A stretch of DNA of 40,000 bases, taken from contig NZ_WUUU01000002.1 of the NCBI RefSeq assembly GCF_009831555.1, forward strand, positions 14,430 to 54,429, read 5' to 3'. Made by a program: the position numbers and the translations under genes. Of the stretch, positions 9,602 to 19,065 are shown one piece after another. The stretch's first letter is position 1. Each line of letters starts with the position of its first letter. This DNA comes from Halobacterium bonnevillei (GTDB taxonomy: Archaea > Halobacteriota > Halobacteria > Halobacteriales > Halobacteriaceae). The notes under the pieces are model-generated. The model made no database searches. It had not been told where the DNA came from and saw only the letters and a program-made list of their open reading frames with translations.

Positions 9602-9728
9602 CCTTGGTGTCCGTTGGGCGGCGAGCGCAATTGATTTTTCCATCGTGACGGTCCCGCGCCCACAACGCGTTCCGCCGAGAAAAGGCGCCGCCAGGCGTCG
9701 CGTGAGTTGGCGTGCCCGCCGCGACTGG

Positions 9729-11993
9729 CTACCGGGACAGGCGCTCGATGATGGCTTCGCGTATCGACTGCGGGGACGTGGACGCGCCCTGTGCCATCAC
9801 GACCGTGCCGGACGCTCGCTCCCCGAGCGTCTCGGGCAACGACCCGAACAGCGTCTGGGAGACCGCGCCCTCCCGCGTCGCGCCGACGCAGACGGTGTCG
9901 TAGGCGTCCACGGCTTCCAGGGCCGTCGCTTCGACGTCGTCGCCGACGACGACCTCGGTGTCGTAGTCGACGTCCAGCGAGACCTCAGCTGCGACTCGCT
10001 CGATGAGGTCGCGACCGCGTTCCTCGGGGGACGCGTCGGCGTCGGCATCGGCGTCCGGCGCCTGGATGTTCAGCAGCGCCAGCGTCGCGTCGTCCTCGAT
10101 CGCGGCGAACTCCGCCGCTCGCCTGACAGTGACAGGCGCGTTCGGCCCCTCGCCGACCAGCGCCACCACGTCTCCGACGCGGTCCGGTTCGGTCTCGGAC
10201 GCGAGGTTGATCAGCGAGGCCTCACAGGACGACCGCTCCACGACCGGATCGAGGGTCGACCCGAGCACGTGTTCGCGAGTCGTCCGCGACCCCCGCCAGC
10301 CGAGCACGACGTGGTCGGCGTCCTCGTCCTCGACGACGTCGAGGATGGCGTCCCCGGCGTCGTGGCTGACGATGGCGCGCGTCCGGAGGCCGACGTCGAG
10401 TTCGGCAGCGATGTCCCGCGCCTGGTCCAGCAGTTCCTGCTGGCGGCTCACGCGCTCCTCCTCGAACGCGACGTCCTGCTCGAGAGATGTCTGTCGAGGG
10501 ACCTCGATGACGTTGACCGCGACGAGTTCGGCGTCGCCGTCCTCGTGGGCGTGGGCGCTCGCGGCGGCGAACCGCAGCAGGTCGCGCTCGGTCTTCGGGT
10601 TCGCCAGCGGCACGACGACGCGGTACCCGTCGCCGCCCCCGTTCGTGGTGGCCGGCGTCGGTTCCGGAGCGATTGCCTCGCCGACCAGCCCTTCCTTGAT
10701 GTCCTGGTTGCGGGCGTACCCGAGATACCAGACTACGCCGACGCCGACGATGGTGATGCCGACCAGCGTCACGACGGTGTTCATCTGGGCCAGAATCGCC
10801 AGGCTCGCGACGAACCCGACGGCGGGCACCACTGGATAGAGGACGTCCGGAATCTGGAACGCGGGGTCGTAGTCCTCGGGGTCGGCGCGCCGCATCACCA
10901 TGACCGAGACGTGCACGAGCGAGTACGTGACGAGGTAGGAGAAGCTCGCGACTTCCGCGAGCGTCCCGATGGGGACGGGGCTGGCGATGAGCGCGAGGAT
11001 GAAGACGCCGGTCGCGAGAATCGCGCGGTAGGGCGTCCGGAACCGGTTGTGGACCTCGTTCAGCCAGTTGGTGAGGATGTTGTCCCGCCCCATCGCGAAG
11101 TTGACGCGCGCGGCGGAGAGAATCGAGGCGTTCGCCGAGGAGACGGTCGCCAGTACGGCGCCGACGACCATCGCGAGCGCGCCGACCGACCCGAGGAACT
11201 CTTCGGCGACGTCCGCGACCGGAATCGACGAATCCGCGAGGAGGTCGATGGAGAGCGTGCCGGTGCTGACGAACATCACGAGGACGTACAGCAGCGTCGG
11301 CGTGACCACCGCCGCAATCATCGACAGCGGGAGGTTCCGACTCGGGTTCTTGATCTCCTCGGCGCTCGTGGCGATGACCTCGAAACCGATGAACGTCACG
11401 TAGACCGTGCCCGCCGTCGCGGCGACTGCGCCCCAGCCCTCGGGGTTGAACGGGCGGAGCGTCGACATGTCGACGTTCAGCACGCCGAACGCGACGAACA
11501 CGATGATGAGGCCGACGAGCGCGATGACGATGACGTTCTGGAGCGCGCCGGTCTCCTTGACGCCGTAGTAGTTGACGGCGACCAAGAGCGCGGCCATGCC
11601 GAGCGCTGCGATGGCGACGCCGGTCGCGCCCATCGGGACGAAGTACGTGAGGTACTGGCCGAACCCGAGCATGTAGAACGCGGACGCGAACATCAGCCCG
11701 CCCCACATCCCCCAGCCGACGATGCTGCCGAAGAACCCGCCGAGCGCGCGGTTGACGTAGTAGTAACTCCCACCGGCTTTCGGCATCCCGGTGGCGAGTT
11801 CCGACAGGGAGAGCGCGGCCAGCAGTGAGACGACCCCGCCGATGAGGAACGAGATCATGCTGGCGGGGCCGGCGGCATCCGCGGCGATGCTCGGCAGCAC
11901 GAAGATGCCCGCGCCGATCATCGTCCCGAGACCGATGGTGTAGGCCTCGAGGAAGCCGAGGTCCCGCGCGAGTTCCTGCTGCTGGTCAGCCAT
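9729..11993 (-). CDS. APC-superfamily amino acid/cation permease fused to two C-terminal universal stress protein (USP) domains
   Basis: The 754-aa product has the N-terminal APC signature TIGLGTMIGAGIFVLPS...GMPKAGGSYYYV and about 12 TM segments. Two USP-like modules follow (YRVVVPLANPKTE...HVVLGWRG and ...TVCVGATREGA...VVMAQG). Confidence 0.9.
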   Translation of the reverse strand: MADQQQELARDLGFLEAYTIGLGTMIGAGIFVLPSIAADAAGPASMISFLIGGVVSLLAALSLSELATGMPKAGGSYYYVNRALGGFFGSIVGWGMWGGLMFASAFYMLGFGQYLTYFVPMGATGVAIAALGMAALLVAVNYYGVKETGALQNVIVIALVGLIIVFVAFGVLNVDMSTLRPFNPEGWGAVAATAGTVYVTFIGFEVIATSAEEIKNPSRNLPLSMIAAVVTPTLLYVLVMFVSTGTLSIDLLADSSIPVADVAEEFLGSVGALAMVVGAVLATVSSANASILSAARVNFAMGRDNILTNWLNEVHNRFRTPYRAILATGVFILALIASPVPIGTLAEVASFSYLVTYSLVHVSVMVMRRADPEDYDPAFQIPDVLYPVVPAVGFVASLAILAQMNTVVTLVGITIVGVGVVWYLGYARNQDIKEGLVGEAIAPEPTPATTNGGGDGYRVVVPLANPKTERDLLRFAAASAHAHEDGDAELVAVNVIEVPRQTSLEQDVAFEEERVSRQQELLDQARDIAAELDVGLRTRAIVSHDAGDAILDVVEDEDADHVVLGWRGSRTTREHVLGSTLDPVVERSSCEASLINLASETEPDRVGDVVALVGEGPNAPVTVRRAAEFAAIEDDATLALLNIQAPDADADADASPEERGRDLIERVAAEVSLDVDYDTEVVVGDDVEATALEAVDAYDTVCVGATREGAVSQTLFGSLPETLGERASGTVVMAQGASTSPQSIREAIIERLSR

Positions 11994-12438
11994 CCGTATC
12001 GGCCTCCTCGACGTCCGGGAGCACCACGACCGGCCGGTCGCTTTGGGTGACCAGCGAGAGGCTGACGTCCCCGGTCAGCAGGCGGAGCCACCTGCTGCCG
12101 CCGCGCGGCGTGAACACGATGGCGTCGGCGTCGAACTCGTCGGCGGCGTCGATGATGGTGTCGGCGACGTCGGTGCCGTAGCGGACGTGGCACTCGTGGC
12201 TGATGTCTTCGTTGGCAAACTCGTCGTCGACGACCTCGAATATTTCCTCCGCGAGCCGTTCGCGCTGTTCGACTGAGGCTTTGTCCGGCGCGCCGCCCGC
12301 TTTCTCGATGACGTGGCCGACGACGACGGTCGCGTCGCGGTCACGGAGGTACGGCGTTACGGCGCGGGCCGTCGCACGGGCGTCTTCCACCGAGGCAATC
12401 GGGACGAAGACGCAGTCGAGTAGTGGTTTGTGTGCCAT
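11986..12438 (-). CDS. Universal stress protein (single USP domain)
   Basis: The 150-aa product contains VVGHVIEKAGGAPDKASVEQRE...AIVFTPRGGSRWLRLLTGDVSLSLV...PVVVLP. Its 3' end overlaps the APC permease start by 8 nt. Confidence 0.85.
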   Translation of the reverse strand: MAHKPLLDCVFVPIASVEDARATARAVTPYLRDRDATVVVGHVIEKAGGAPDKASVEQRERLAEEIFEVVDDEFANEDISHECHVRYGTDVADTIIDAADEFDADAIVFTPRGGSRWLRLLTGDVSLSLVTQSDRPVVVLPDVEEADTDG

Positions 12439-12640
12439 GTGGAATCACGAGCGGTTGCGTGAGGGGGCTCCGCCTCCCGAGAGACGCGCGTAGGTTCGTG
12501 GCCGGAGGCGGTCCACCCCATGTCGTACGACGGGGTATTTTCCCCGGTACTAAATAGGACGGGGTTCAGATTGTTGCAGCCGGAACTATACACCCGCTAT
12601 ATTGTTGTGGAAGTAGATAGCGGCCCGGTCTGCTTGCCGG

Positions 12641-14194
12641 CTACCGGTAGAGGTCGAGGCGCTGAAGAATCGACCCGAGCAGCACCGCGACGGGAATGAT
12701 CTCCAGGCGACCGACCCACATGTTGACAATCAGCATCGCCTTCGCGGTACCGGGCATCCCAGGGCCGGTGATTCCGGAGTCCAGGCCGACGTTGCTCTGC
12801 GCGCTCATCACGTCGAAAATCACGTACTCGAGCGGATGCGCCGGCGAGAGCACGCGCAGGAGAACGGCCACACCGATGGCGAGGAACGTCATCCAGAGCA
12901 CGAACACGACCGTCGCCTCGGTGTACTCGCGTTCGGCCTGCGCCTCGCTGAGCTTGCGGTCCCCGATTCGCAGATACCGGATTGCGTTCGCTGGCTGGAA
13001 CACGTCCTGTATCTGCCAGATCGTCCCCTTGACGAGCGTGATGACTCGAATCAGCTTGAGACCGCTCACCGTGGACCCGGCCGCCGCGCCCGTGAGCATC
13101 CCCAGGCACGCCAGCAACGTCGCGCCCGCGCTCCAGACCTGCTCGGTCCCACCGCCGATTGCGGCGCTCCCGAAGCCGGTGTTCGACGTCGCCGAGACGA
13201 ACTGGAACAGGCTCACACGGAACGTCTCCTCGAGGGTCGCGTACTGGCCGTTCGCGTACAGAATCGCGGTGAGCACGAGCGACCCGACCGTGAACCAGAT
13301 GAACACCCACCGCGTCTGCAGGTCCGCGTAGAAGTTCCGCAGTTCGCCCCTGAAGATCAGGTAGTGGATGGGGAACGCGATGCTCCCCGCGACCATTATC
13401 GGCACTGTCGCGTACTCGATCAAGGGACTCCCGTAGTGGCCAATCGAATCCGCGTGCACGGAGAACCCGCCAGTCGCAATTCCGGTCATGCCGTGGTTGA
13501 TCGCGTCCCACAGCGGCATCCCGGCCAGGAGGAACAGGACGACGGAGCCGACGGTGAGGGCGACGAAGATCTTCCAGATCTCCTGGACCGTCGTCACGAT
13601 GCTCGGGTGGATCTTCTCCGAGCGCGCCTCGCTCTCGTAGAGCGTGTACGACCCGCTATTCCCGCCACCACGCCGGAGAATCGCCACCGTGAGGACGATG
13701 ACGCCGACGCCGCCGACCCACTCGATGAACGACCGCCACCAGTGCAACGACCGCGGCAGTTCCTCCTCAACGGCAGCCATCGTGAGCCCGGTCCCAGTGA
13801 ACCCGCTCGTGCTCTCGAACACCGCGTCCAGCGGGCGGAGAAACACCGCGGTCGTCGGGTCCACTGCCGGCGTATTCGCCCACACGGGGAGCGGATCGAC
13901 CTGAATCGTCCACGCGACGAGGAGGAAGGGGAGCCCACCGAGGACACCGACCAAGGCCCACGCGGTCGCCGCGGTGACCATCGCTTCGCGTTTCTCCGGC
14001 GGCGCCGCGTCCCGGTACCGCCCGACCAACCCGGTGCCGATGCCCGCCATCACGACCGCGGACACGACAAACGCGGGAATGGCGTAGAATTCTCTGTTGA
14101 CGGCTGCCACGACGACAGACACTACCAGCATCAGCGAGACAGCCTGGACGATGCGACCGACGTCGCGTCCGACCGTGTCCATCTCGACTCTCAT
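12641..14194 (-). CDS. trkH: TrkH-family K+ uptake membrane subunit (module 2)
   Basis: The 517-aa polytopic protein is clearly paralogous to 6315..8009, for example in the shared C-terminal block NVGLxSGITGPxM...VNMWVGRLEIIPV. Confidence 0.9.
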   Translation of the reverse strand: MRVEMDTVGRDVGRIVQAVSLMLVVSVVVAAVNREFYAIPAFVVSAVVMAGIGTGLVGRYRDAAPPEKREAMVTAATAWALVGVLGGLPFLLVAWTIQVDPLPVWANTPAVDPTTAVFLRPLDAVFESTSGFTGTGLTMAAVEEELPRSLHWWRSFIEWVGGVGVIVLTVAILRRGGGNSGSYTLYESEARSEKIHPSIVTTVQEIWKIFVALTVGSVVLFLLAGMPLWDAINHGMTGIATGGFSVHADSIGHYGSPLIEYATVPIMVAGSIAFPIHYLIFRGELRNFYADLQTRWVFIWFTVGSLVLTAILYANGQYATLEETFRVSLFQFVSATSNTGFGSAAIGGGTEQVWSAGATLLACLGMLTGAAAGSTVSGLKLIRVITLVKGTIWQIQDVFQPANAIRYLRIGDRKLSEAQAEREYTEATVVFVLWMTFLAIGVAVLLRVLSPAHPLEYVIFDVMSAQSNVGLDSGITGPGMPGTAKAMLIVNMWVGRLEIIPVAVLLGSILQRLDLYR

Positions 14195-14240
14195 TTGTCA
14201 CTCGGAGTCGCGTGGCTGCGCCACCGGTCCGCCGGGCAGT

Positions 14241-14951
14241 TCACAGTCCGAATCCGTTCGAGGAGGTTCGTTCTCTGTCCTCGTAGTGCCCGAAGATGTC
14301 CGTCACGTCCGGGGTCGCGCCCGTGCCGGAGTACACCGTCAGGAGGTCGCCGCGCTCGATGCGGGTGTTCCCGCGGGGAGTGATGGGCGCTCCCTCGCCG
14401 TCACGTTCGATTGCGACCACGAGGGTGTCCTCGTCGAGTAATCCCTCGTCGTCGGCCTCGCTGAGCGTCAGGCCGGCGATGGGGGCGTCCTCGGCGACCG
14501 TGATTTCGAACACTTCCGCCACCTCGCCCACCCGCATGTAGTCGACGATGGACGGCCGTTCGACCGACCGGAACAGCGACTCCGCGATGAGTCGCTGCGG
14601 GTTCTCCATCGTGTGCACCCCGATCTGACGGAACAAGCTCATGTGCTCGGGGTTGTGCACGACGGAGACGACCGTTGGGATCTCGAGCTCCTGGGCGAGC
14701 AGCGAGACCATCACGTTCGTCGCGTCCTGGTCGGTGGTCGTGATGATGGCGTTTGCGCGGTCGGCGCCGGCGTCCAGCAACGTCTCCTTGACCGTCGCGT
14801 CCGCGTTGAGCACCAGGCAGTCGAACTCGCTGGCGACTTCGTCCGCTCGTTCGGGCCGCTTCTCGATGACGACGACCTCGTATCCCGCTGTCGTTGCGAT
14901 TTCGATGAGCGGCGACCCGATGTCGCCCGCTCCGACGATGATGATGTACAT
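14241..14951 (-). CDS. trkA: TrkA K+ uptake regulatory subunit (module 2)
   Basis: MYIIIVGAGDIGSPLIEIATTAGYEVVVIE aligns with the 8011..8694 product along its whole length. Confidence 0.9.
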   Translation of the reverse strand: MYIIIVGAGDIGSPLIEIATTAGYEVVVIEKRPERADEVASEFDCLVLNADATVKETLLDAGADRANAIITTTDQDATNVMVSLLAQELEIPTVVSVVHNPEHMSLFRQIGVHTMENPQRLIAESLFRSVERPSIVDYMRVGEVAEVFEITVAEDAPIAGLTLSEADDEGLLDEDTLVVAIERDGEGAPITPRGNTRIERGDLLTVYSGTGATPDVTDIFGHYEDRERTSSNGFGL

Positions 14952-15007
14952 AGGTTGGGTTCTCTAGATAGCTGTCGGTCACCTGTGCAGACGTACTGCA
15001 AATCCGT

Positions 15008-15451
15008 TCACGCGTCGCTCACCTCTCGGTCGGGCAGGACCAGAACCGGAACGTCACTGGATTCGACGAGTTTGTGCGTGACGTCGCCGCTCAGCAATTT
15101 CCTCCATCGGCTCCCGCCGCGGGGCGTGAACACGATGGTACTGGCGGTCCACTCGTGGGCGGCGTCGATGATGGTCGCCGCGACGTCGGTCCCGTAGCGG
15201 AGTTCCGTCTCGAGCGTCACCGCGACACCCTCGAATCCGTCGGCGACGGTGTCGAAGATTTCCTCCGCAGTCTGTTCCCGTTGCTCGACAGACGCCTTGT
15301 CCGGTGCGCCACCGGCTTTCTCGATGACGTGGACGGCAATCACCGTGGCACCCGAATTCTCGACGTAGGGAACGACTGCATCGGCAGTCGTCGCTGCATC
15401 GTCGTGGTTGGCTACCGGAACGACGACCCGCTGGAAGAACGAATCTGGCAT
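15008..15451 (-). CDS. Universal stress protein (single USP domain), paralogue of 11986..12438
   Basis: The ATG at 15451 gives MPDSFFQRVVVPVANHDD...VHVIEKAGGAPDKASVEQRE...IVFTPRGGSRWRKLLSGDVTHKLV...PVLVLP. The track ORF reaching 15733 is an out-of-context Arg/Ser/Thr-rich extension that overlaps the next gene. Confidence 0.85.
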   Translation of the reverse strand: MPDSFFQRVVVPVANHDDAATTADAVVPYVENSGATVIAVHVIEKAGGAPDKASVEQREQTAEEIFDTVADGFEGVAVTLETELRYGTDVAATIIDAAHEWTASTIVFTPRGGSRWRKLLSGDVTHKLVESSDVPVLVLPDREVSDA

Positions 15452-15452
15452 C

Positions 15453-15803
15453 TCAGCCACCCCCGGAGTCGCCGTAGACCTTGCCGAGATAGTGCCACCG
15501 GTACTTGCCCTCCCCGCCGTCGATGTCCGGGGCCCAGTTGACCCGGTACGCGAACGGGCCGCGTGCGTCGCCAGTTTCGTCCGGGCGTTCGACGACGACA
15601 ATGGTGTACGCGCCGTGGTCCTCCACGCGAACGAGGTCTTCGCCCGTTCGTGCTTCGATTGCGTCCGTGAGCGGGGGGTGCCCCTGGAGGAGTCGCTGCG
15701 CGTAGTGAATGACCGCCCGGAGTTCCCCGTCACTGCTCCCTTCGAGGGCCGCAGCGACGTCCGTCGGAATGTCGTCCGGGGGTTCGATGTCGGATGGTGT
15801 CAT
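15453..15803 (-). CDS. Small acidic hypothetical protein, co-transcribed with the USP gene
   Basis: The 116-aa product has haloarchaeal-type composition and high third-position GC. Its stop (15453-15455) lies 1 nt from the USP ATG (15451). I recognise no family. Confidence 0.55.
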   Translation of the reverse strand: MTPSDIEPPDDIPTDVAAALEGSSDGELRAVIHYAQRLLQGHPPLTDAIEARTGEDLVRVEDHGAYTIVVVERPDETGDARGPFAYRVNWAPDIDGGEGKYRWHYLGKVYGDSGGG

Positions 15804-15904
15804 GGGTGGGTCACACCGGGTTCTGCGCCGGTCGGCCGTCCCGCGATGACCGGCGAGAGCGTGTGGCGAGCGACACTGTCGTGGTCACGAATGCACGCTA
15901 CGCC

Positions 15905-16062
15905 CCAGCTATATTATCGCTGCAAAATAAATATTGGCATTGAGTTTTTGTGATCGAAATATACGCGTAGAATTTTTTACTCTGCAGAATATCTATCCGC
16001 CACGATGATATATCGGCGGTGCCACACTACCAGCTCGCGGGCCCGCGTATCGGGGATTAATT
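15905..16062. promoter_or_regulatory. AT-rich divergent intergenic region between the usp-trk module 2 operon and the lrp-TrkA_C regulator, with several TATA-like stretches
   Basis: The composition drops sharply here (ctatattatcgctgcaaaataaatattggcattgagtttttgtgatcgaaatatacgcgtagaattttttac). The region also contains the palindromes gatatatc and cgcgggcccgcg. No transcription start data are available. Confidence 0.35.
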
Positions 16063-16086
16063 ATGCGTTCTGACCGTAATTCACGT

Positions 16087-16830
16087 ATGGACTACCGGGT
16101 CGACGAGATCGACAAGCGGATCCTCTATCATCTGGCGCGGGACGCCCGGAACACGACGGCTGCGGACGTCGCCGACGAGATGGAGGTGACGCCCGCCACG
16201 ATTCGGAACCGCATCCACCAGCTCGAGGCGGAGGGGATTCTGCGTGGTTACCTCGCGGACATCAACTACAAATCAATCGAGGGCCACGTCACGTACCAGT
16301 TCAGCTGTACGGCGCCGATCCCGGACCGGGACCGGCTCGCCCAGTCCGCCCTGGACGTCTCCGGCGTGGTGTCCGTCCGGGAGCTGATGACGGGGAAAAC
16401 GAACCTGGCTGTGACGGCTGTCGGGTCGGACACGAGCGACATCAGCCGCATCGCCAGCGAACTGTCCGACGTCGGACTCGACATCGAGGACGAGAGCGTC
16501 ATCGAAGCGGAGTACCACCAGCCGTACAACCCGTTCGGCCCGGAAGACGCACCCCTCGGTCCGTCGCTGACCGATTTCATGAGTCTGGCCGGCGGCGCGG
16601 AAGTCGCCGAGTTCACCGTCTCGGACGGCGCCGACGTCGCGGGGCTGACGATCGAAGCGGCAGTCGAGGAGGGCCTGCTGGGCGAGGAGATGCTGGTGGT
16701 CGGCGTCGAACGGGACGGCGACGTACTCACGCCGAAAGGCGAGACCAACATCCGGCCGGGGGACGTCATCTCGCTGTTCTCGAAGACCGGCATGGAGAAA
16801 GACGCCCTCGAAGTGTTCGGAACCCAGTGA
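16087..16830 (+). CDS. Lrp/AsnC-type HTH regulator fused to a C-terminal TrkA-C (RCK_C) domain, copy 2
   Basis: MDYRVDEIDKRILYHLARDARNTTAADVADEMEVTPATIRNRIHQLEAEGILRGY starts the protein. The C-terminal region reads EFTVSDGADVAGLTIEAA...IRPGDVISLFS. An alternative ATG lies at 16063. Confidence 0.85.
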   Translation: MDYRVDEIDKRILYHLARDARNTTAADVADEMEVTPATIRNRIHQLEAEGILRGYLADINYKSIEGHVTYQFSCTAPIPDRDRLAQSALDVSGVVSVRELMTGKTNLAVTAVGSDTSDISRIASELSDVGLDIEDESVIEAEYHQPYNPFGPEDAPLGPSLTDFMSLAGGAEVAEFTVSDGADVAGLTIEAAVEEGLLGEEMLVVGVERDGDVLTPKGETNIRPGDVISLFSKTGMEKDALEVFGTQ

Positions 16831-16978
16831 CTGGCAGTAACTACGCGTCAGAGTGAGTGCGTACAGCGGATCCGGTCGGCAGTGCGAAGCCTTAATGTGG
16901 TAAGTATCGCCACGACAAGTGTAACAAGGGTGTTGCTGCTTCGGCGTCGAACTGTTCGGGGAGGTTGCGAGACGAACA

Positions 16979-17484
16979 ATGAACAGCCCGGAACACACGA
17001 ACCACAGCGACACAACGGATAGAACGGAAGTCGCTCCCGTTCAGACGTCGTGGCCGGAACTCCCCTGCTTCGGCTGTGGACCGGCGAACGAGGACGGCCT
17101 ACAGCTCGAGAGTTACAAGCTGCCCGACGACCGGGGCCTCGAAACCACTGTCCGGCCCGCGGAGCGGTTTCGCGTCACTCCGGGTGTGGTCTATGGCAGC
17201 TATCTCGCGTCGGTAACCGACTGCAACTCTATGTGGACGTCGATGACATACGCCAGCCCCCGGACGATAGACCGCCCGACAGCAGACCCGAGGCTGCCTA
17301 CGCCACTGCCGAACTCACCGTGGAGTACCACGAGACGACGCCGATGGGCGTTCCGCTCGACGTCACTTCCCGAGTCGTCGGTGAAATCGACCGGAGTGCA
17401 CAGGTCCAGACGGAAATTCTCGCCGACGGTGCGCTAACCGTGACGGGCGACGTAACCGCAGTGCGGATGGACGGAGTACTGTGA
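16979..17484 (+). pseudogene. PaaI/hotdog-fold thioesterase-like gene split over two reading frames (frameshift, or an assembly error)
   Basis: The frame of 16979 gives the N-terminal part (WPELPCFGCGPANEDGLQLE...PGVVYGSYLASVTDCNSMWT). The frame of 17050 gives a plausible C-terminal part (AAYATAELTVEYHETTPMGVPLDVTSRVVGEIDRSAQVQTEILADGALTVTGDVTAVRM). The switch must fall near 17240-17270, where a C5 run lies at 17257-17261. Confidence 0.55.
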
Positions 17485-17739
17485 ACGATAGCAGGTGCTC
17501 CGTCACCACTCTCTTCCCCTTGCCGGAGGTGTCCGCAGTTGGCAGGGAGTGGATACACACCGCGAAGAGAACCAGATAGCGCCTGGCGAATATCCCCCGC
17601 TCAGAAACGGCCGCCAAGGGGCACCGTATACGCTGACCCGGCCAGCGACGGTCGGGGGCGCGGACAGACACCGAACTGGCCAATCCGGGAACGCCAGTTG
17701 GGATGCATGAATCGGGCGTCGACGGCCGTTCCGGGCGGG

Positions 17740-18129
17740 CTACTGCTCAATCCGTTCCCGGAGGTCGGCTAACTCCGCCTGGAGGCTGTCGATGGCGTCA
17801 GTCGCCTCCGTTCTGGCGTCCTCGCTCAGCTCCGACGTTTTGGTTCGCAGCGTGTCGAGGCCGGCTTCCAGGTCGTCGATCGTCTCGTTCGCTTCGTCCC
17901 GAACCTCCTCGCTCAGTTCTTCGGACTCCTCGAAGGCCTCGTCCAGTTCCGCCCTGGTCTGGCGCTGTACGCTGTCGAGTCGCTCCTCCAGGTCGTCAAT
18001 CGAGCGTTTCACCTCGGTACGGAGTTGGTCCCCGACCGCCTGTGATTCGTCGATAGCCGCGTTGACTTCGTCGCGGACGCGGTCGAGTCCCTCGTCGAGT
18101 CGCTGGAATACGTCGCGTTCCCCACTCAT
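17740..18129 (-). CDS. Acidic coiled-coil protein with internal repeats (function unknown)
   Basis: The ATG at 18129 gives MSGERDVFQRLDEGLDRVRDEVNAAIDES.... Blocks of the xxIDDLExxLDxxxxxT type recur, and GC3 is high. Confidence 0.55.
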   Translation of the reverse strand: MSGERDVFQRLDEGLDRVRDEVNAAIDESQAVGDQLRTEVKRSIDDLEERLDSVQRQTRAELDEAFEESEELSEEVRDEANETIDDLEAGLDTLRTKTSELSEDARTEATDAIDSLQAELADLRERIEQ

Positions 18130-18342
18130 AATACGATTGAAGCTTCTCCCCCGCAACGGATATACGTTGGGTGCTTGTCGAGTTCAGTCAGCCCCGAGTT
18201 GTTCTCCGGTGACGAGGGGGTCTGGGCAGTCACGAAGTGCTCGAAGGCCACTCCGGCGAGGAGTGCGTCGAAACCCGAGACGGAACCAAGTTCGGACAGC
18301 GGCGAGGGACCAACTGCACTGCGCTGCCCGCGAAACGCTCGG

Positions 18343-19065
18343 TCAGTCCCGCAGGACGACGACCGGAACGTCCGCCCGATCGGCGAACGTGTGATACGCC
18401 GGGCCGAGGAATTCCGCCTCTGACGGGCGTTCTTCGGTCTCACCCATCACCACGAGATTGTGTCGCTGCGCGCGCTCGGCGATCGCCTCACCGGCGTCAT
18501 CGTGGACCTCGACGGTCACCTCGACGACGTCCTCGGGGAAATCGTGCTCGACGAGTTCCGCACGCAGACTATCGAGCATGGCTTCGCCCGCTTCGACCGC
18601 CGCTGGCCCGGCAGCGACGTGATACAACTCCAGCGTGAATATCGAGTCGGTGTCCAGTCCGGCGAGGAACGCCACGAGTTCGGCTCGGTGGCGAGCGTCC
18701 CGGAGTGGCACCAGCACGTTGGCCCACATCGTAATGGGGGCGCCCAGCAACACCGCATCCGCGTCGGTCTCGTCCGCGATGCGTTCCTGCAGCGCCGCCT
18801 CCTCGGGCCCTGGCTGGCCGAAGAACAATCGCACCGACGTGGACGCGCCGCCGCGGCTGAACGCCGCCGCCATCTCGTAGAGAATCTCCTGGGCCTCCGC
18901 CTCCTTGTTTGCGCGTGCCGTCTCCCGCGACATCCCCTCGGGGAGCTCCCAGTACCCGAACAGAACGACGTCGAATCCGCTCAATCCGACGATATTCCCG
19001 CTGTCTAACGGATAGACGTCCGGCTCCGGGAACACCACCGGGACGAGTAGCGTCGGTTTGGACAT
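18343..19065 (-). CDS. Tandem USP-domain protein
   Basis: The ATG at 19065 gives MSKPTLLVPVVF.... The second half reads NVLVPLRD...HDDAGEAIAERAQRHNLVVMGETEE...ADVPVVVLR, which is typical USP architecture. Confidence 0.7.
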   Translation of the reverse strand: MSKPTLLVPVVFPEPDVYPLDSGNIVGLSGFDVVLFGYWELPEGMSRETARANKEAEAQEILYEMAAAFSRGGASTSVRLFFGQPGPEEAALQERIADETDADAVLLGAPITMWANVLVPLRDARHRAELVAFLAGLDTDSIFTLELYHVAAGPAAVEAGEAMLDSLRAELVEHDFPEDVVEVTVEVHDDAGEAIAERAQRHNLVVMGETEERPSEAEFLGPAYHTFADRADVPVVVLRD

